NCBI GenBank assembly: GCA_964562885.1
Contig: CAZLVC010000001.1
Span: 152,688 to 216,687, forward strand
Source: an uncultured Candidatus Peribacteria bacterium
Lineage (GTDB): Bacteria; Patescibacteriota; Gracilibacteria; Peribacterales; Peribacteraceae
DNA: 64,000 nt
Direction: 5' to 3'
How positions within the stretch are numbered: the first letter of the stretch is position 1; each line of letters starts with the position of its first letter. The notes beneath the pieces were generated by a model that saw nothing but the letters and a program-made list of their open reading frames with translations, had not been told where the DNA came from and did no database searches. Below are positions 8,690-17,332 of this stretch, piece by piece. The position numbers were made by a program, and so were the translations under genes.

Positions 8690-9301
8690 ATGCCTCTTAC
8701 TCCTCATCAGCGCACTGTCCTTAATTACATCAGTGAATTCCAAAGCAAGCGAGGCTATTCTCCCTCGCTTTCGGACCTTGCTCTTGCCTTTGGTGTACGG
8801 AGTAAAAATGCTATTGCGAAGGTTGTGAATACCTTGGTTCTCGAAAAGCATCTCGAAAAAGATCCAAAGGGTCGTATTAAAATTCTAAGCCAGCCCCAGC
8901 AACAGCAAGAACCTACGAGCATGTCACTACCTCTTTTTGGTCCCATTGCTGCTGGTTTTGCAGCCCCTGTGGAAGAACATGCAGAAGAACAAATTACACT
9001 CGAAGGATATTTAGTGCGCGATAGAGCTTCCACTTTCCTTCTTCGTGTTAAAGGCGACAGCATGATTGGTGCAGGTATTTTTGAGGGTGACCTTGTTGTT
9101 GTTGATCGTTCCAAAAATCCGCGTCCCGGCGATATTGTTGTTGGTGTCTTAGATGGTGAATTTACTCTTAAGCGTCTTAAAAAAGATAAAGGAAAGTTTT
9201 ACCTGCAGGCTGAAAATCCTCAGTATCCCGATTTGCACGCCCTTGAAGAGTTAACAACAGCAGGCGTTGTTGTTGGTATGGTGCGAAAAATGGTGCTGTA
9301 G
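8690..9301 (+). CDS. lexA: LexA repressor (S24 peptidase)
   Basis: N-terminal winged HTH (LTPHQRTVLNYISEF...GYSPSLSDLA), Ala-Gly cleavage region (PIAAGFAAP), catalytic Ser (KGDSM) and Lys (TLKRLKK). I chose the ATG at 8690 rather than the ORF-track start at 8600. Confidence 0.9.
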   Translation: MPLTPHQRTVLNYISEFQSKRGYSPSLSDLALAFGVRSKNAIAKVVNTLVLEKHLEKDPKGRIKILSQPQQQQEPTSMSLPLFGPIAAGFAAPVEEHAEEQITLEGYLVRDRASTFLLRVKGDSMIGAGIFEGDLVVVDRSKNPRPGDIVVGVLDGEFTLKRLKKDKGKFYLQAENPQYPDLHALEELTTAGVVVGMVRKMVL

Positions 9302-9381
9302 TGACTTTTTAGTATTGTTTCAGGTTGAAGAATCTTTCAGGTTTTTTTAAGCCTTCATCTTATATTTTGTGTACTTTACCT

Positions 9382-10578
9382 ATGATTTGTCATATCGATG
9401 CTGATTCTTTTTTTGCCTCTGTCCTCATTCGTAAGTATCCTTCGTTACAGGGGAAACCAGTTATTGCTGTTGGTATGGGGGGTAGTTGCGTCATTGCTGC
9501 GACCTATGATGTAAAAGCAAAAGGCGTACGTACAGGGATGCGTTTAAAAGAAGCACGGAAGCTTTGCCCAGGGGCGATAGAAGTGCCATCTGACTTTAAA
9601 GAAACAGCTCTTGCATCACGTCAAATTGAGGATGTACTTACCTCGTTTTGTCCTACGATTGAGCAAATGTCTATTGATGAGTGGTATTTAGATTTGCATA
9701 GCATTTGTGGTGGCGTACCTTTCGATCTTCTTTCTTGGGCTCAGGGTACGCGCCAACTTATTGTAAAGCGCACGGCTTTTTCGGTCTCTGTTGGCATTGC
9801 TCCTACAAAGCTACTTGCAAAGATGAGTAGTGAATATCGTAAGCCGGGTGGTGTCACAGTTCTTACAGACCAAAATCTTCATGCCTTTTTGTGCGACCGC
9901 CCTGCAGCTGCCATCCCTGGCATTGGCCCTCGTCGACAGGATGTTGTGCGTGCGCATGGATGGCACACTGCCTGGGACATTGCTCATGCTGCGGATGATG
10001 CTTTGCGCTCCCTTTTAGGGAGATCGGGGCTAGAAATAAAGCAAGAATTATTAGGCGAACGTGTCCATTACGTTTCCTCGTATGTACGTCTTCCACAATC
10101 TATTTCACGTTGTCGTAGCTTTCGCTCAACAACCGATGTACTTTTTCTTCGGGCTCAGCTCCTTAAACATCTGGAATATTGTATTTTTAAGATGCGTCGC
10201 TTTCATCTTATTACCCGTGAAGTTTGTCTATTGGTTCGTACACACGAGTATCATTCTCGTAGTGCTTACGTTCGATCTGCAGATTCTTGGTGTACGGTGG
10301 AAGAAGTTCTTCCGTCGGTTCTTCATTTATTTCAAGACCTTTGCTTTCCTCTTCAATCGTATACCCAGTTGGGCCTTACTCTTTCACAATTCTCTTCTGC
10401 TAACGAGCAGCAATTATCGCTTTTCACGGACAAAGAGTACGTACGGAAATCGGAACATGTGCAAGCTGCCTGCGATGCAATTACACGTCGCTTTGGAAGG
10501 AATGTTCTTACTCGGGCATCTGCCTTGCAGGTGTCGACTGGTACGGAGCTAGGTTTAGATTTTTCTCTCTATCAGTAG
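9382..10578 (+). CDS. dinB: Y-family DNA polymerase (Pol IV-like)
   Basis: The N-terminus MICHIDADSFFASV...GKPVIAVG matches the Y-family catalytic motif. It lies immediately downstream of lexA. The internal ATG at 9382 is preferred as the start. Confidence 0.85.
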   Translation: MICHIDADSFFASVLIRKYPSLQGKPVIAVGMGGSCVIAATYDVKAKGVRTGMRLKEARKLCPGAIEVPSDFKETALASRQIEDVLTSFCPTIEQMSIDEWYLDLHSICGGVPFDLLSWAQGTRQLIVKRTAFSVSVGIAPTKLLAKMSSEYRKPGGVTVLTDQNLHAFLCDRPAAAIPGIGPRRQDVVRAHGWHTAWDIAHAADDALRSLLGRSGLEIKQELLGERVHYVSSYVRLPQSISRCRSFRSTTDVLFLRAQLLKHLEYCIFKMRRFHLITREVCLLVRTHEYHSRSAYVRSADSWCTVEEVLPSVLHLFQDLCFPLQSYTQLGLTLSQFSSANEQQLSLFTDKEYVRKSEHVQAACDAITRRFGRNVLTRASALQVSTGTELGLDFSLYQ

Positions 10579-10581
10579 CAT

Positions 10582-11484
10582 TTATCGAATGGTATCAAGT
10601 TCTTTTTCTTTGGTAATTTCAATATACATAATGGTCCAGACTGCTTGTTTAAAAATATGAAGATACGCAAAAAAGTATGCAGCTATCATTGTTACAAAGA
10701 ATCCTAACACTCCACCAATAACATAGCTTATCGATGGTTTTACAATATACGTCAGCAGTACACTGCTCCCAATAATAATGCCCGGAATTAACGTAATAAT
10801 CAGTGAGTTCATGATGATGCGAATGGTGATGATAGAAAGGAGTAAGAGCAAAAACATCACATGAGGGAGGTAGCTAAAAATAAGTTTTACACTTTTAGCA
10901 CCTGATTCAAAAACCCCTAATTTATCCACAACAACACCAGATTCGGTAAAGCTGGAGAAAAATTTAATAATGTTGGAAAGTACCCAAATAATGACTGCAA
11001 CGCTTAACATCCAAATTTTTAGCGATTCTCCGTATCGGAGAATGAGTGAGATTGCTGTGATAAGAATTGTAGGAGTGGAGAAAATAAAAACTTCGTGAAT
11101 GGCAAAAATAGGAAAAAAATTATAGAGTGCCATGATAAATCCTCCTTTCAGTGGTTTTTTGTCATGAGCCTTAGCTGAGAGACCAATAATTGCTCCGGTT
11201 GCAAAACTTGGTGCAAACATTTCAATTGCAAGTAGCAGTAAAAAACCAAGAATGAGTGCCCAAAAAAGTATGGGTGGCATTGAGTGATACAACATAATTT
11301 CGATATCAAAAAATCCACCTGCCTCGCCATGAAGATACGTTGTGATAAAGTAGATCTGGTAGATAATGAGCTTAATATCGAGAAGGATTTCGAAAAGCGC
11401 CCCAATAAACCCCCACCATCGTAACGTTGGTTCGGATGTCGTTATTGCCCATGCCTGTGCAATAATTTCTCGTGGTGTAAGCAT
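10582..11484 (-). CDS. Polytopic membrane protein, function unknown
   Basis: 300-aa ORF with at least 6 hydrophobic spans. Confidence 0.7.
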   Translation of the reverse strand: MLTPREIIAQAWAITTSEPTLRWWGFIGALFEILLDIKLIIYQIYFITTYLHGEAGGFFDIEIMLYHSMPPILFWALILGFLLLLAIEMFAPSFATGAIIGLSAKAHDKKPLKGGFIMALYNFFPIFAIHEVFIFSTPTILITAISLILRYGESLKIWMLSVAVIIWVLSNIIKFFSSFTESGVVVDKLGVFESGAKSVKLIFSYLPHVMFLLLLLSIITIRIIMNSLIITLIPGIIIGSSVLLTYIVKPSISYVIGGVLGFFVTMIAAYFFAYLHIFKQAVWTIMYIEITKEKELDTIR

Positions 11485-11550
11485 GAAGAGACGAGAGGTC
11501 TTAAAAAGACGTGGAAGCGCAGTTTAGCCTAATTTACTCAAGAAGGCATC

Positions 11551-13131
11551 CTATTCTTTCTCGTGAATAAGATCTTGTAATGGCGTAAATGTATAATCTT
11601 TTCCAAGTACGATGACAATGTCTGCATGTGTATTTTTCGTCATAAACACTTCTTGTGGAAGGGCTCCTTTTGCTATCCCTACAAGATCCGAAAGTGCATC
11701 AAGGGTTTGTTGAGCGTTGGTGTCAGATTCCTGATGCTCAGCTGTTCCTTGAATGATCTTTGGATCGAGTGCAATGATCGATTTTTCTTGTTCTTTTTTA
11801 TTTTCTAATGTGAAATTTCCTGTTGTTGTAATTGAAAAGCCGTATCTCTCTAGTTCGTATCCTAGTTTAGCAGCAATACCTGACTTTTTTGTGCCATTTA
11901 AGATAGTGATGGTACTTGGTTGTAAAAATAACATGCGCTTACTAATCAGTAACTGTGAAAATGCATCAATTTGTTTCCAGGTTACTGGGGTAGGAGGCAC
12001 AGATACAGGGAGTAAAACTGCTGCACCATCAAATTGATCACGCGGAGGTGAGTATAAAAATCCACCACGGAGAGCAATGGAGCCATAAAGACCATTTTGG
12101 TCGTTGAGTTGAACATTAATGACTCGCGAAGTATCAAGTGAACGTCCAAGCGACGCTAGTCCAATTAATTCATTGATCGTAAATGTACTTTCAATGTTCG
12201 CCGCCAGGATGTCATATAGATTATTTAATTTACTTACACTTGTTATCAGTCCTTGATCTTGCAATTTTTTTCCGATTGCACGAATGATTTCCTGCTGACG
12301 ACCGGAACGCGAGAAGTCGCTTGTTGTATGACGAGATCGTGCATACTGTAGTGCGGTCGCACCATCGAGATGTTGTAACCCTTTTGTGATTCTAAACGTT
12401 TTGTATGTGTAGTTGGGTCCTGGATATTCGGTATCCACAATTGTTTCGGGTACATCAATATCGATTCCACCCAGTAAATCTACTCCTTGCTCAAAACCTG
12501 AGAAGTTAATTTTAACAACACCATGAATATCTATTCCAAACATTGATCCAATTTCTTTTGCGAGCTGCTTCATTGCTTCCTGTGATGCTTCTTTTGCTTC
12601 CATTCCTTTTCTTTGAAGAGAAATTTTATAATCACGATAGAGACTATTAATCCGTCCGCGTCCCATTTTTTCCGTTTTAAGTACGTACGTATCTCGTGGA
12701 ATAGAAATCATCACTACACTTTTTGTTGGTCCTGGGTCCGCGCTTGCAATCATCATTGTATCGGTGAGATCAACTCCGTCGTGATTATTGTCTCCTTCGC
12801 CTAAAAGTAATACATTGGTAAATCCATGGTTATCGTTAGGAATCGTCACATTGACCATTGAAACCATATCAATCGTGAAATTTTTGATACGGATGATGAT
12901 GTTGAATGTAGCATAAACAAGTGCAATTACTGCAAGTAGCGATAGGACAATCGTTCCAATTTTACGTATTCTTCTTTTTAATTGAGCATCTCGTTGATCC
13001 TCCATATTTTTTTCTTTGTAGTGGTTCCATAGTCTTTGTACGCATTGCATAACAGGTACGCCAACGGAGAGGAGCATCCATATTTTTGAAGGTTTTTTTT
13101 CTTCACGGACGCGTCGAATTTCAAATGACAT
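11551..13131 (-). CDS. LytR/CpsA/Psr (LCP) family protein with C-terminal LytR_C-like domain
   Basis: N-terminal TM segment, then the LCP core (LLLGEGDN...DTMMIASADP...ISIPRDTYV). Confidence 0.88.
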   Translation of the reverse strand: MSFEIRRVREEKKPSKIWMLLSVGVPVMQCVQRLWNHYKEKNMEDQRDAQLKRRIRKIGTIVLSLLAVIALVYATFNIIIRIKNFTIDMVSMVNVTIPNDNHGFTNVLLLGEGDNNHDGVDLTDTMMIASADPGPTKSVVMISIPRDTYVLKTEKMGRGRINSLYRDYKISLQRKGMEAKEASQEAMKQLAKEIGSMFGIDIHGVVKINFSGFEQGVDLLGGIDIDVPETIVDTEYPGPNYTYKTFRITKGLQHLDGATALQYARSRHTTSDFSRSGRQQEIIRAIGKKLQDQGLITSVSKLNNLYDILAANIESTFTINELIGLASLGRSLDTSRVINVQLNDQNGLYGSIALRGGFLYSPPRDQFDGAAVLLPVSVPPTPVTWKQIDAFSQLLISKRMLFLQPSTITILNGTKKSGIAAKLGYELERYGFSITTTGNFTLENKKEQEKSIIALDPKIIQGTAEHQESDTNAQQTLDALSDLVGIAKGALPQEVFMTKNTHADIVIVLGKDYTFTPLQDLIHEKE

Positions 13132-13351
13132 TGCCGTAATTTTACTCTTACAATTTCATTCCGTCATCTTTTTATTTCGATGTCGGCTTTCTTCATATTG
13201 TAATTTTAGTCATGTTCATTATCTTTAACGAAGAGTCTCTCTCTGACGTCGTAAGTAAAGTATTTTATTACTCGATGATTATTCGTAGTACATTTTCCTG
13301 TAAGAGTTCTTCCTTCGATTATTCTTTGATTCGGAATGCTCTGCGGGTACG

Positions 13352-14353
13352 ATGTTTGGTATGCAGTCTATAATCTTTCTTGAAGTTGATCCTGAGGATG
13401 TTTCAGTGATTCGGTCGTGTTTTCCTGATGCAGAGATTTGCACCTCTGTACTTTCAGGCCCTGATTTAATTACTGCCTGTAAAAAGCATTCAATTATATG
13501 TTGTTTTATCTATTCTCAATTTACAGCAGAGGTTTTGTCGTCCCTACCTAACTTACGTTTACTCTGTACACGTTCGGTTGGCTACAATCATCTTGATGTT
13601 ACTTATTGTCGATCGAAGAATATTACAGTTTGTCACGTCCCCGATTACGGTTCACATGTCATTGCCGAACATGCTTTTGCCTTGCTTCTTTCAGCTCTAC
13701 GTCATATTACTGAAGCAAGTACGCTAGTGCGTGGTGGGCATTTTGATTACCACGGCTTACGAGGGATGGCTTTACTGGGGAAGACCATAGGAATTGTAGG
13801 AACCGGTAAGATAGGTTGTGCTACAGCAAAAATTGCTCATGGATTTGGCATGCGCATTCTTGCAACAGATGTGTGTAGGACTGTTGAATTGGAAGATCGT
13901 TACGATGTGAGATATGTTCCGTTTGAAGAATTGCTTACAAGTAGTGATATTATTTCTCTTCACATTCCTGCAACGCCTGAAACATTTCATCTCATTCACG
14001 ATGGTACTATAGCGCAGATGAAAAAAGGTGTGATTCTTCTTAATACAGCACGAGGGGAGCTTATTGATTCTCATGCACTTCTTCGGGGCCTTGAACGTGG
14101 CACAATTGCCCATGCTCTCTTAGATGTACTGGAACATGAAACAGATACGATTCTGAATAAAGACCTTATTCAGCACCCTCGTGTGCTTGTTACTCCACAT
14201 ATTGCTTTTTATGCAGATCAAAGTATGCAACGCATGTATCAGGAATCGTTTCGTTCCATTCATGAGTTTTGTGCTGGCCGAATCCCCGTACATCAAGTTG
14301 CTCCATGTACACGAGTATGTGACCTTCCAAAGGTTGTAAAAAAGGCGTTGTAG
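13352..14353 (+). CDS. D-isomer-specific 2-hydroxyacid dehydrogenase (D-lactate dehydrogenase-like)
   Basis: NAD-binding GxGxxG motif (GIVGTGKIGCATAK), plus the ARGELID and TPHIAFY motifs. Confidence 0.88.
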   Translation: MFGMQSIIFLEVDPEDVSVIRSCFPDAEICTSVLSGPDLITACKKHSIICCFIYSQFTAEVLSSLPNLRLLCTRSVGYNHLDVTYCRSKNITVCHVPDYGSHVIAEHAFALLLSALRHITEASTLVRGGHFDYHGLRGMALLGKTIGIVGTGKIGCATAKIAHGFGMRILATDVCRTVELEDRYDVRYVPFEELLTSSDIISLHIPATPETFHLIHDGTIAQMKKGVILLNTARGELIDSHALLRGLERGTIAHALLDVLEHETDTILNKDLIQHPRVLVTPHIAFYADQSMQRMYQESFRSIHEFCAGRIPVHQVAPCTRVCDLPKVVKKAL

Positions 14354-14358
14354 TTGCC

Positions 14359-14904
14359 TTAGTTCAGGTATGTTATGACGTTTTGTACATCCTGCCTATC
14401 GTGTCCTATTGAGGGTTGTTGGTCATCTTCTTTCATCATGCCAATCATGACGCCACCGATAACAGTTTCATGGTCCTTAAGGTGCAATACATCGTGTACT
14501 GGGCCATGATGCAGCGAGACCCAACAGCTCCCTAGTCCAAGTGCAGTTGCTCCAAGCATCATGGAAAGCATCGCATTAGAGCATGAGTATTCTAGTTCTT
14601 TTGGGTTCCAAATTGGCGCGGTTGTCTGGTGCGATTTTGCACTTCTGTCACACGTGACAACAATAAGAACGCCAGCCCCTACTATAAAATTACCATAGCA
14701 TGAATGCTGCATAATTTTTTCTTTCATTTTTTCATCTTCGATGACATAAAAACGCCATGGCTGAATGTTTTCAACACTTGGGCTTTCGTGCGCTAGTTTT
14801 AGAATTTTTTCAATGACGCCTCGTTCCACACTGCTTTTCTTGGAAAAATACCGAATACTTCGTCTATTTTTTACAAGCGATGCAAAATCATCAAATGCCA
14901 TCAT
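14359..14904 (-). CDS. Nitroreductase family protein
   Basis: RRSIRYF motif at the N-terminus and family-typical length (181 aa). Confidence 0.82.
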   Translation of the reverse strand: MMAFDDFASLVKNRRSIRYFSKKSSVERGVIEKILKLAHESPSVENIQPWRFYVIEDEKMKEKIMQHSCYGNFIVGAGVLIVVTCDRSAKSHQTTAPIWNPKELEYSCSNAMLSMMLGATALGLGSCWVSLHHGPVHDVLHLKDHETVIGGVMIGMMKEDDQQPSIGHDRQDVQNVITYLN

Positions 14905-15007
14905 AGAGTAATAGGGAAGAAAAGTACCATCAGTGTACTCTCACTCTTTTCGATAGAGAATCTTTCTTTTTAGAAAGAAAGCACCTTTGAGAAAGGTGTA
15001 AAGAAAA

Positions 15008-15033
15008 AGGCCCTCTTTTTTATGAGAGAGCCT
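15008..15033 (-). terminator. Intrinsic terminator after the zinc-ribbon gene
   Basis: On the minus strand, AGGCTCTCT-loop-AGAGGGCCT is followed by TTTTTCTTT. A second hairpin (CACCTTT/AAAGGTG, 14982-14999) follows. Confidence 0.6.
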
Positions 15034-15060
15034 TCGTCGTTTAGCCTTGAGCCGTAGCTA

Positions 15061-15342
15061 TTAGTTGTTTTTTTCTGCTTTGAAGCAGTTTAAACAGAGC
15101 ACTGGGCGTCCACCCTCTGATTCTGGGCGGGGCTTAAATGGAACCTCGCATGTTGTACCACATTTGGCACACGTAGCGGGGAACATTTGCCTTGTACTCA
15201 TACGCTCGTTCTTGCGCTTATCGCGACAAGTTTTGCAGCGCTGAGGGGCAGCGAGGCCACGTTCTGCGTAGAAAGCCTGTTCACCCTCTGTAAAGGAGAA
15301 AACAGCTCCGCAGTCGCGGCATGTAAGGTCCTGATCGGCCAT
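15061..15342 (-). CDS. Zinc-ribbon domain protein (duplicated CxxC pairs)
   Basis: CRDCG...CKTCR and CAKCG...CLNCF. The ATG at 15342 (MADQDLTCRDCG) is preferred as the start. Confidence 0.8.
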   Translation of the reverse strand: MADQDLTCRDCGAVFSFTEGEQAFYAERGLAAPQRCKTCRDKRKNERMSTRQMFPATCAKCGTTCEVPFKPRPESEGGRPVLCLNCFKAEKNN

Positions 15343-15494
15343 ACAAATGAAAGAAAAAAGGAAGTAAAACTGCAACGACCTTGTTTTCCTATTCTTTCGG
15401 TTGTATTCCGATGTGAACCTGGTCGACGAAGGTGTTAGCTTTAAAAGTCTACGCTATATTGACAAGTTTTGTCAATGGTTTTCTGATTAATCTT

Positions 15495-15926
15495 TTAAAA
15501 GATGAACCAGAGTTCGATTGCTGTGAAAGCTATGCCAAAAGCGATGCCTCCCATAACTTCAAGAACAGAATGGCCTACTCGTTCAGATAACTTTATTGAC
15601 CCTTGAAGTGAGTTGAGGATTTTCGCTTGTTCTCCTATAGCCTTTCGGCTATTTGCAGCGTCATACCAAATGAATAATGCTAAGACAAAGGCAATGGCGA
15701 ATTCGGCAGACATCGTTCCACTTTTATGTCCTACCACCATCACGAGCGAAGTAACCATGGCACTGTGACTACTAGGAATCCCGCCCGGTCGCAGTAGGCC
15801 GTTTTTCCACTTTCCTTCGAGAATTCCTTCGAAGAGAATTTTTGTTGCTTCAGCAAAAAAGCCAACGCTTACAGGTACGAGTACGATGTAGTAAGATAGT
15901 ATAGATTGGGAAAGGAGAAGATTCAT
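15495..15926 (-). CDS. Divergent PAP2 / DUF212 family membrane protein
   Basis: GGIPSSHSAMVTSL motif and 4 TM spans. The internal ATG at 15926 is preferred as the start. Confidence 0.82.
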   Translation of the reverse strand: MNLLLSQSILSYYIVLVPVSVGFFAEATKILFEGILEGKWKNGLLRPGGIPSSHSAMVTSLVMVVGHKSGTMSAEFAIAFVLALFIWYDAANSRKAIGEQAKILNSLQGSIKLSERVGHSVLEVMGGIAFGIAFTAIELWFIF

Positions 15927-16013
15927 TTGATATTGAGTATAGCGTCTTTTTCTGATTCTTACGAAAAAAGCAGGCACCGATTAGTACCTGCTTTGAGCTT
16001 GCAGAAAAAATTC

Positions 16014-16412
16014 TTACTTAAGTGTGACTTTTGCTCCTGCTGCTTCGAGCTTCTTCTTGATATCTTCAGCTTCAGCTTTTGGAGAATCTTTCTTAATGAT
16101 TGCTGGAGCTTTATCAACAAGGGCCTTAGCTTCACCAAGACCAAGTTGTGTAGCTTCGCGTACTACTTTAATGACACCAATTTTCTGTGCGCCTGCATCG
16201 GTAAGCTCAATATCGTAGCTGGATTTTTCCTCAGCAGCAGGTGCTGCACCGCCTGCAGCAGGAGCTGCGGCAACAGCTACAGGAGCAGCAGCAGAAATTC
16301 CGTACTGCTTTTCCATGAATTTTACGACATTGTTTAGCTGAATGACGTTCAACTTTTCTAGTGCGTCGATGACGGCTTGCTCTTCTTTCGTGAGCGTAAT
16401 TGTGTCGGACAT
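16014..16412 (-). CDS. rplL: 50S ribosomal protein L7/L12
   Basis: Ala-rich hinge and a conserved C-terminal domain ([24 protein letters not shown]). Confidence 0.97.
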   Translation of the reverse strand: MSDTITLTKEEQAVIDALEKLNVIQLNNVVKFMEKQYGISAAAPVAVAAAPAAGGAAPAAEEKSSYDIELTDAGAQKIGVIKVVREATQLGLGEAKALVDKAPAIIKKDSPKAEAEDIKKKLEAAGAKVTLK

Positions 16413-16453
16413 AACGAGGGGGGAAATGGGGTAAAAAGAAAAAAATTAATTAT

Positions 16454-17038
16454 TTATGCAGATACAGGAGCTTCTACAGGAACTTCGGCTGATCCTACAA
16501 CAGGAGTTGGCGAACTTTCCTTCTTTTTTGCAAGTTCCGCCATTGCCCGTGCAAACCCTGTGAGTGGCGAACTTAGTGCAGATGCAAACGACACAAGAGG
16601 ACTGCGTACCATGCCCATAAATGTAGCAAGAAGTACCTGTTTACTTGGAATCGTTGCAAGTGCTTTTGCTTCATTGGCACTTAAAATTTTTGCAGAAAAT
16701 ATTCCGCCTACAAGTTTTACCGCTGGATTATCTTTACTAAATTTATGAGCAACTGCAGCACCTGCAGTCGGTTCTCCTGTACTAAAAATGCACGCAATAT
16801 CCCCCGAAAGTGATTCAAGATCGATATCTGGTGCTCCTGCTTCTTTTGCGGAAATTTTAATAAGCGTTTTCTTGGCTACTTGCATGAGCGCATCTTCCTT
16901 CTTTAATTCTTGACGAAACTTTGTGATAGCGGCAACAGAAAGTCCTTGGTAATTCGCAAAGATTACCGATGATGCATTTTTCATTTTTTCTGCAAGTTCT
17001 TGCACCTGTTTTTCCTTATTTTGACGAGAAAGTGCCAT
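16454..17038 (-). CDS. rplJ: 50S ribosomal protein L10
   Basis: MALSRQNKEKQVQELAEKMKNASSVIFANYQGLSV is a typical L10 N-terminus. The ATG at 17038 is preferred as the start. There is a short Pro/Val/Glu-rich C-terminal extension. Confidence 0.94.
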   Translation of the reverse strand: MALSRQNKEKQVQELAEKMKNASSVIFANYQGLSVAAITKFRQELKKEDALMQVAKKTLIKISAKEAGAPDIDLESLSGDIACIFSTGEPTAGAAVAHKFSKDNPAVKLVGGIFSAKILSANEAKALATIPSKQVLLATFMGMVRSPLVSFASALSSPLTGFARAMAELAKKKESSPTPVVGSAEVPVEAPVSA

Positions 17039-17205
17039 AAGAGGGGAGTAAAAATAGTCTAAAAAAAGCTGGTCCTTTGGGCGAGTGCCCGGGAGACCAG
17101 CGAGGAACACGGCACGAATCACAAAGCCGGGGCCGTATGAGCGCTGCTGTATTCCTCGGGAGGGCTTACCTTCGGTCTGGGACCTAATGCCTCCGGTCTT
17201 CGGAC
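17039..17205 (-). promoter_or_regulatory. Ribosomal protein L10 leader with attenuator terminator
   Basis: A GC-rich, highly paired 5' UTR ends in CTGGTC...GACCAG plus T7 (plus-strand 17061-17100), just before the rplJ ATG. The architecture is typical of the L10 leader class. Confidence 0.65.
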
Positions 17206-17212
17206 TTGAGGA

Positions 17213-17241
17213 AGTTTATGGTACCTCTTTACTTTTGTCAA
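17213..17241 (-). promoter_or_regulatory. Putative rplJL promoter
   Basis: On the minus strand: TTGACA (17241-17236), 17 nt spacer, TAAACT (17218-17213). Confidence 0.5.
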
Positions 17242-17332
17242 GGACTTTTCAGTCCCTCAAACTTCTGGGCTTTACAGGGGTCTTCATTTTTTTCACGCTT
17301 TTCGTTAGGTTCTCTAGTATACTTAATCTCGC

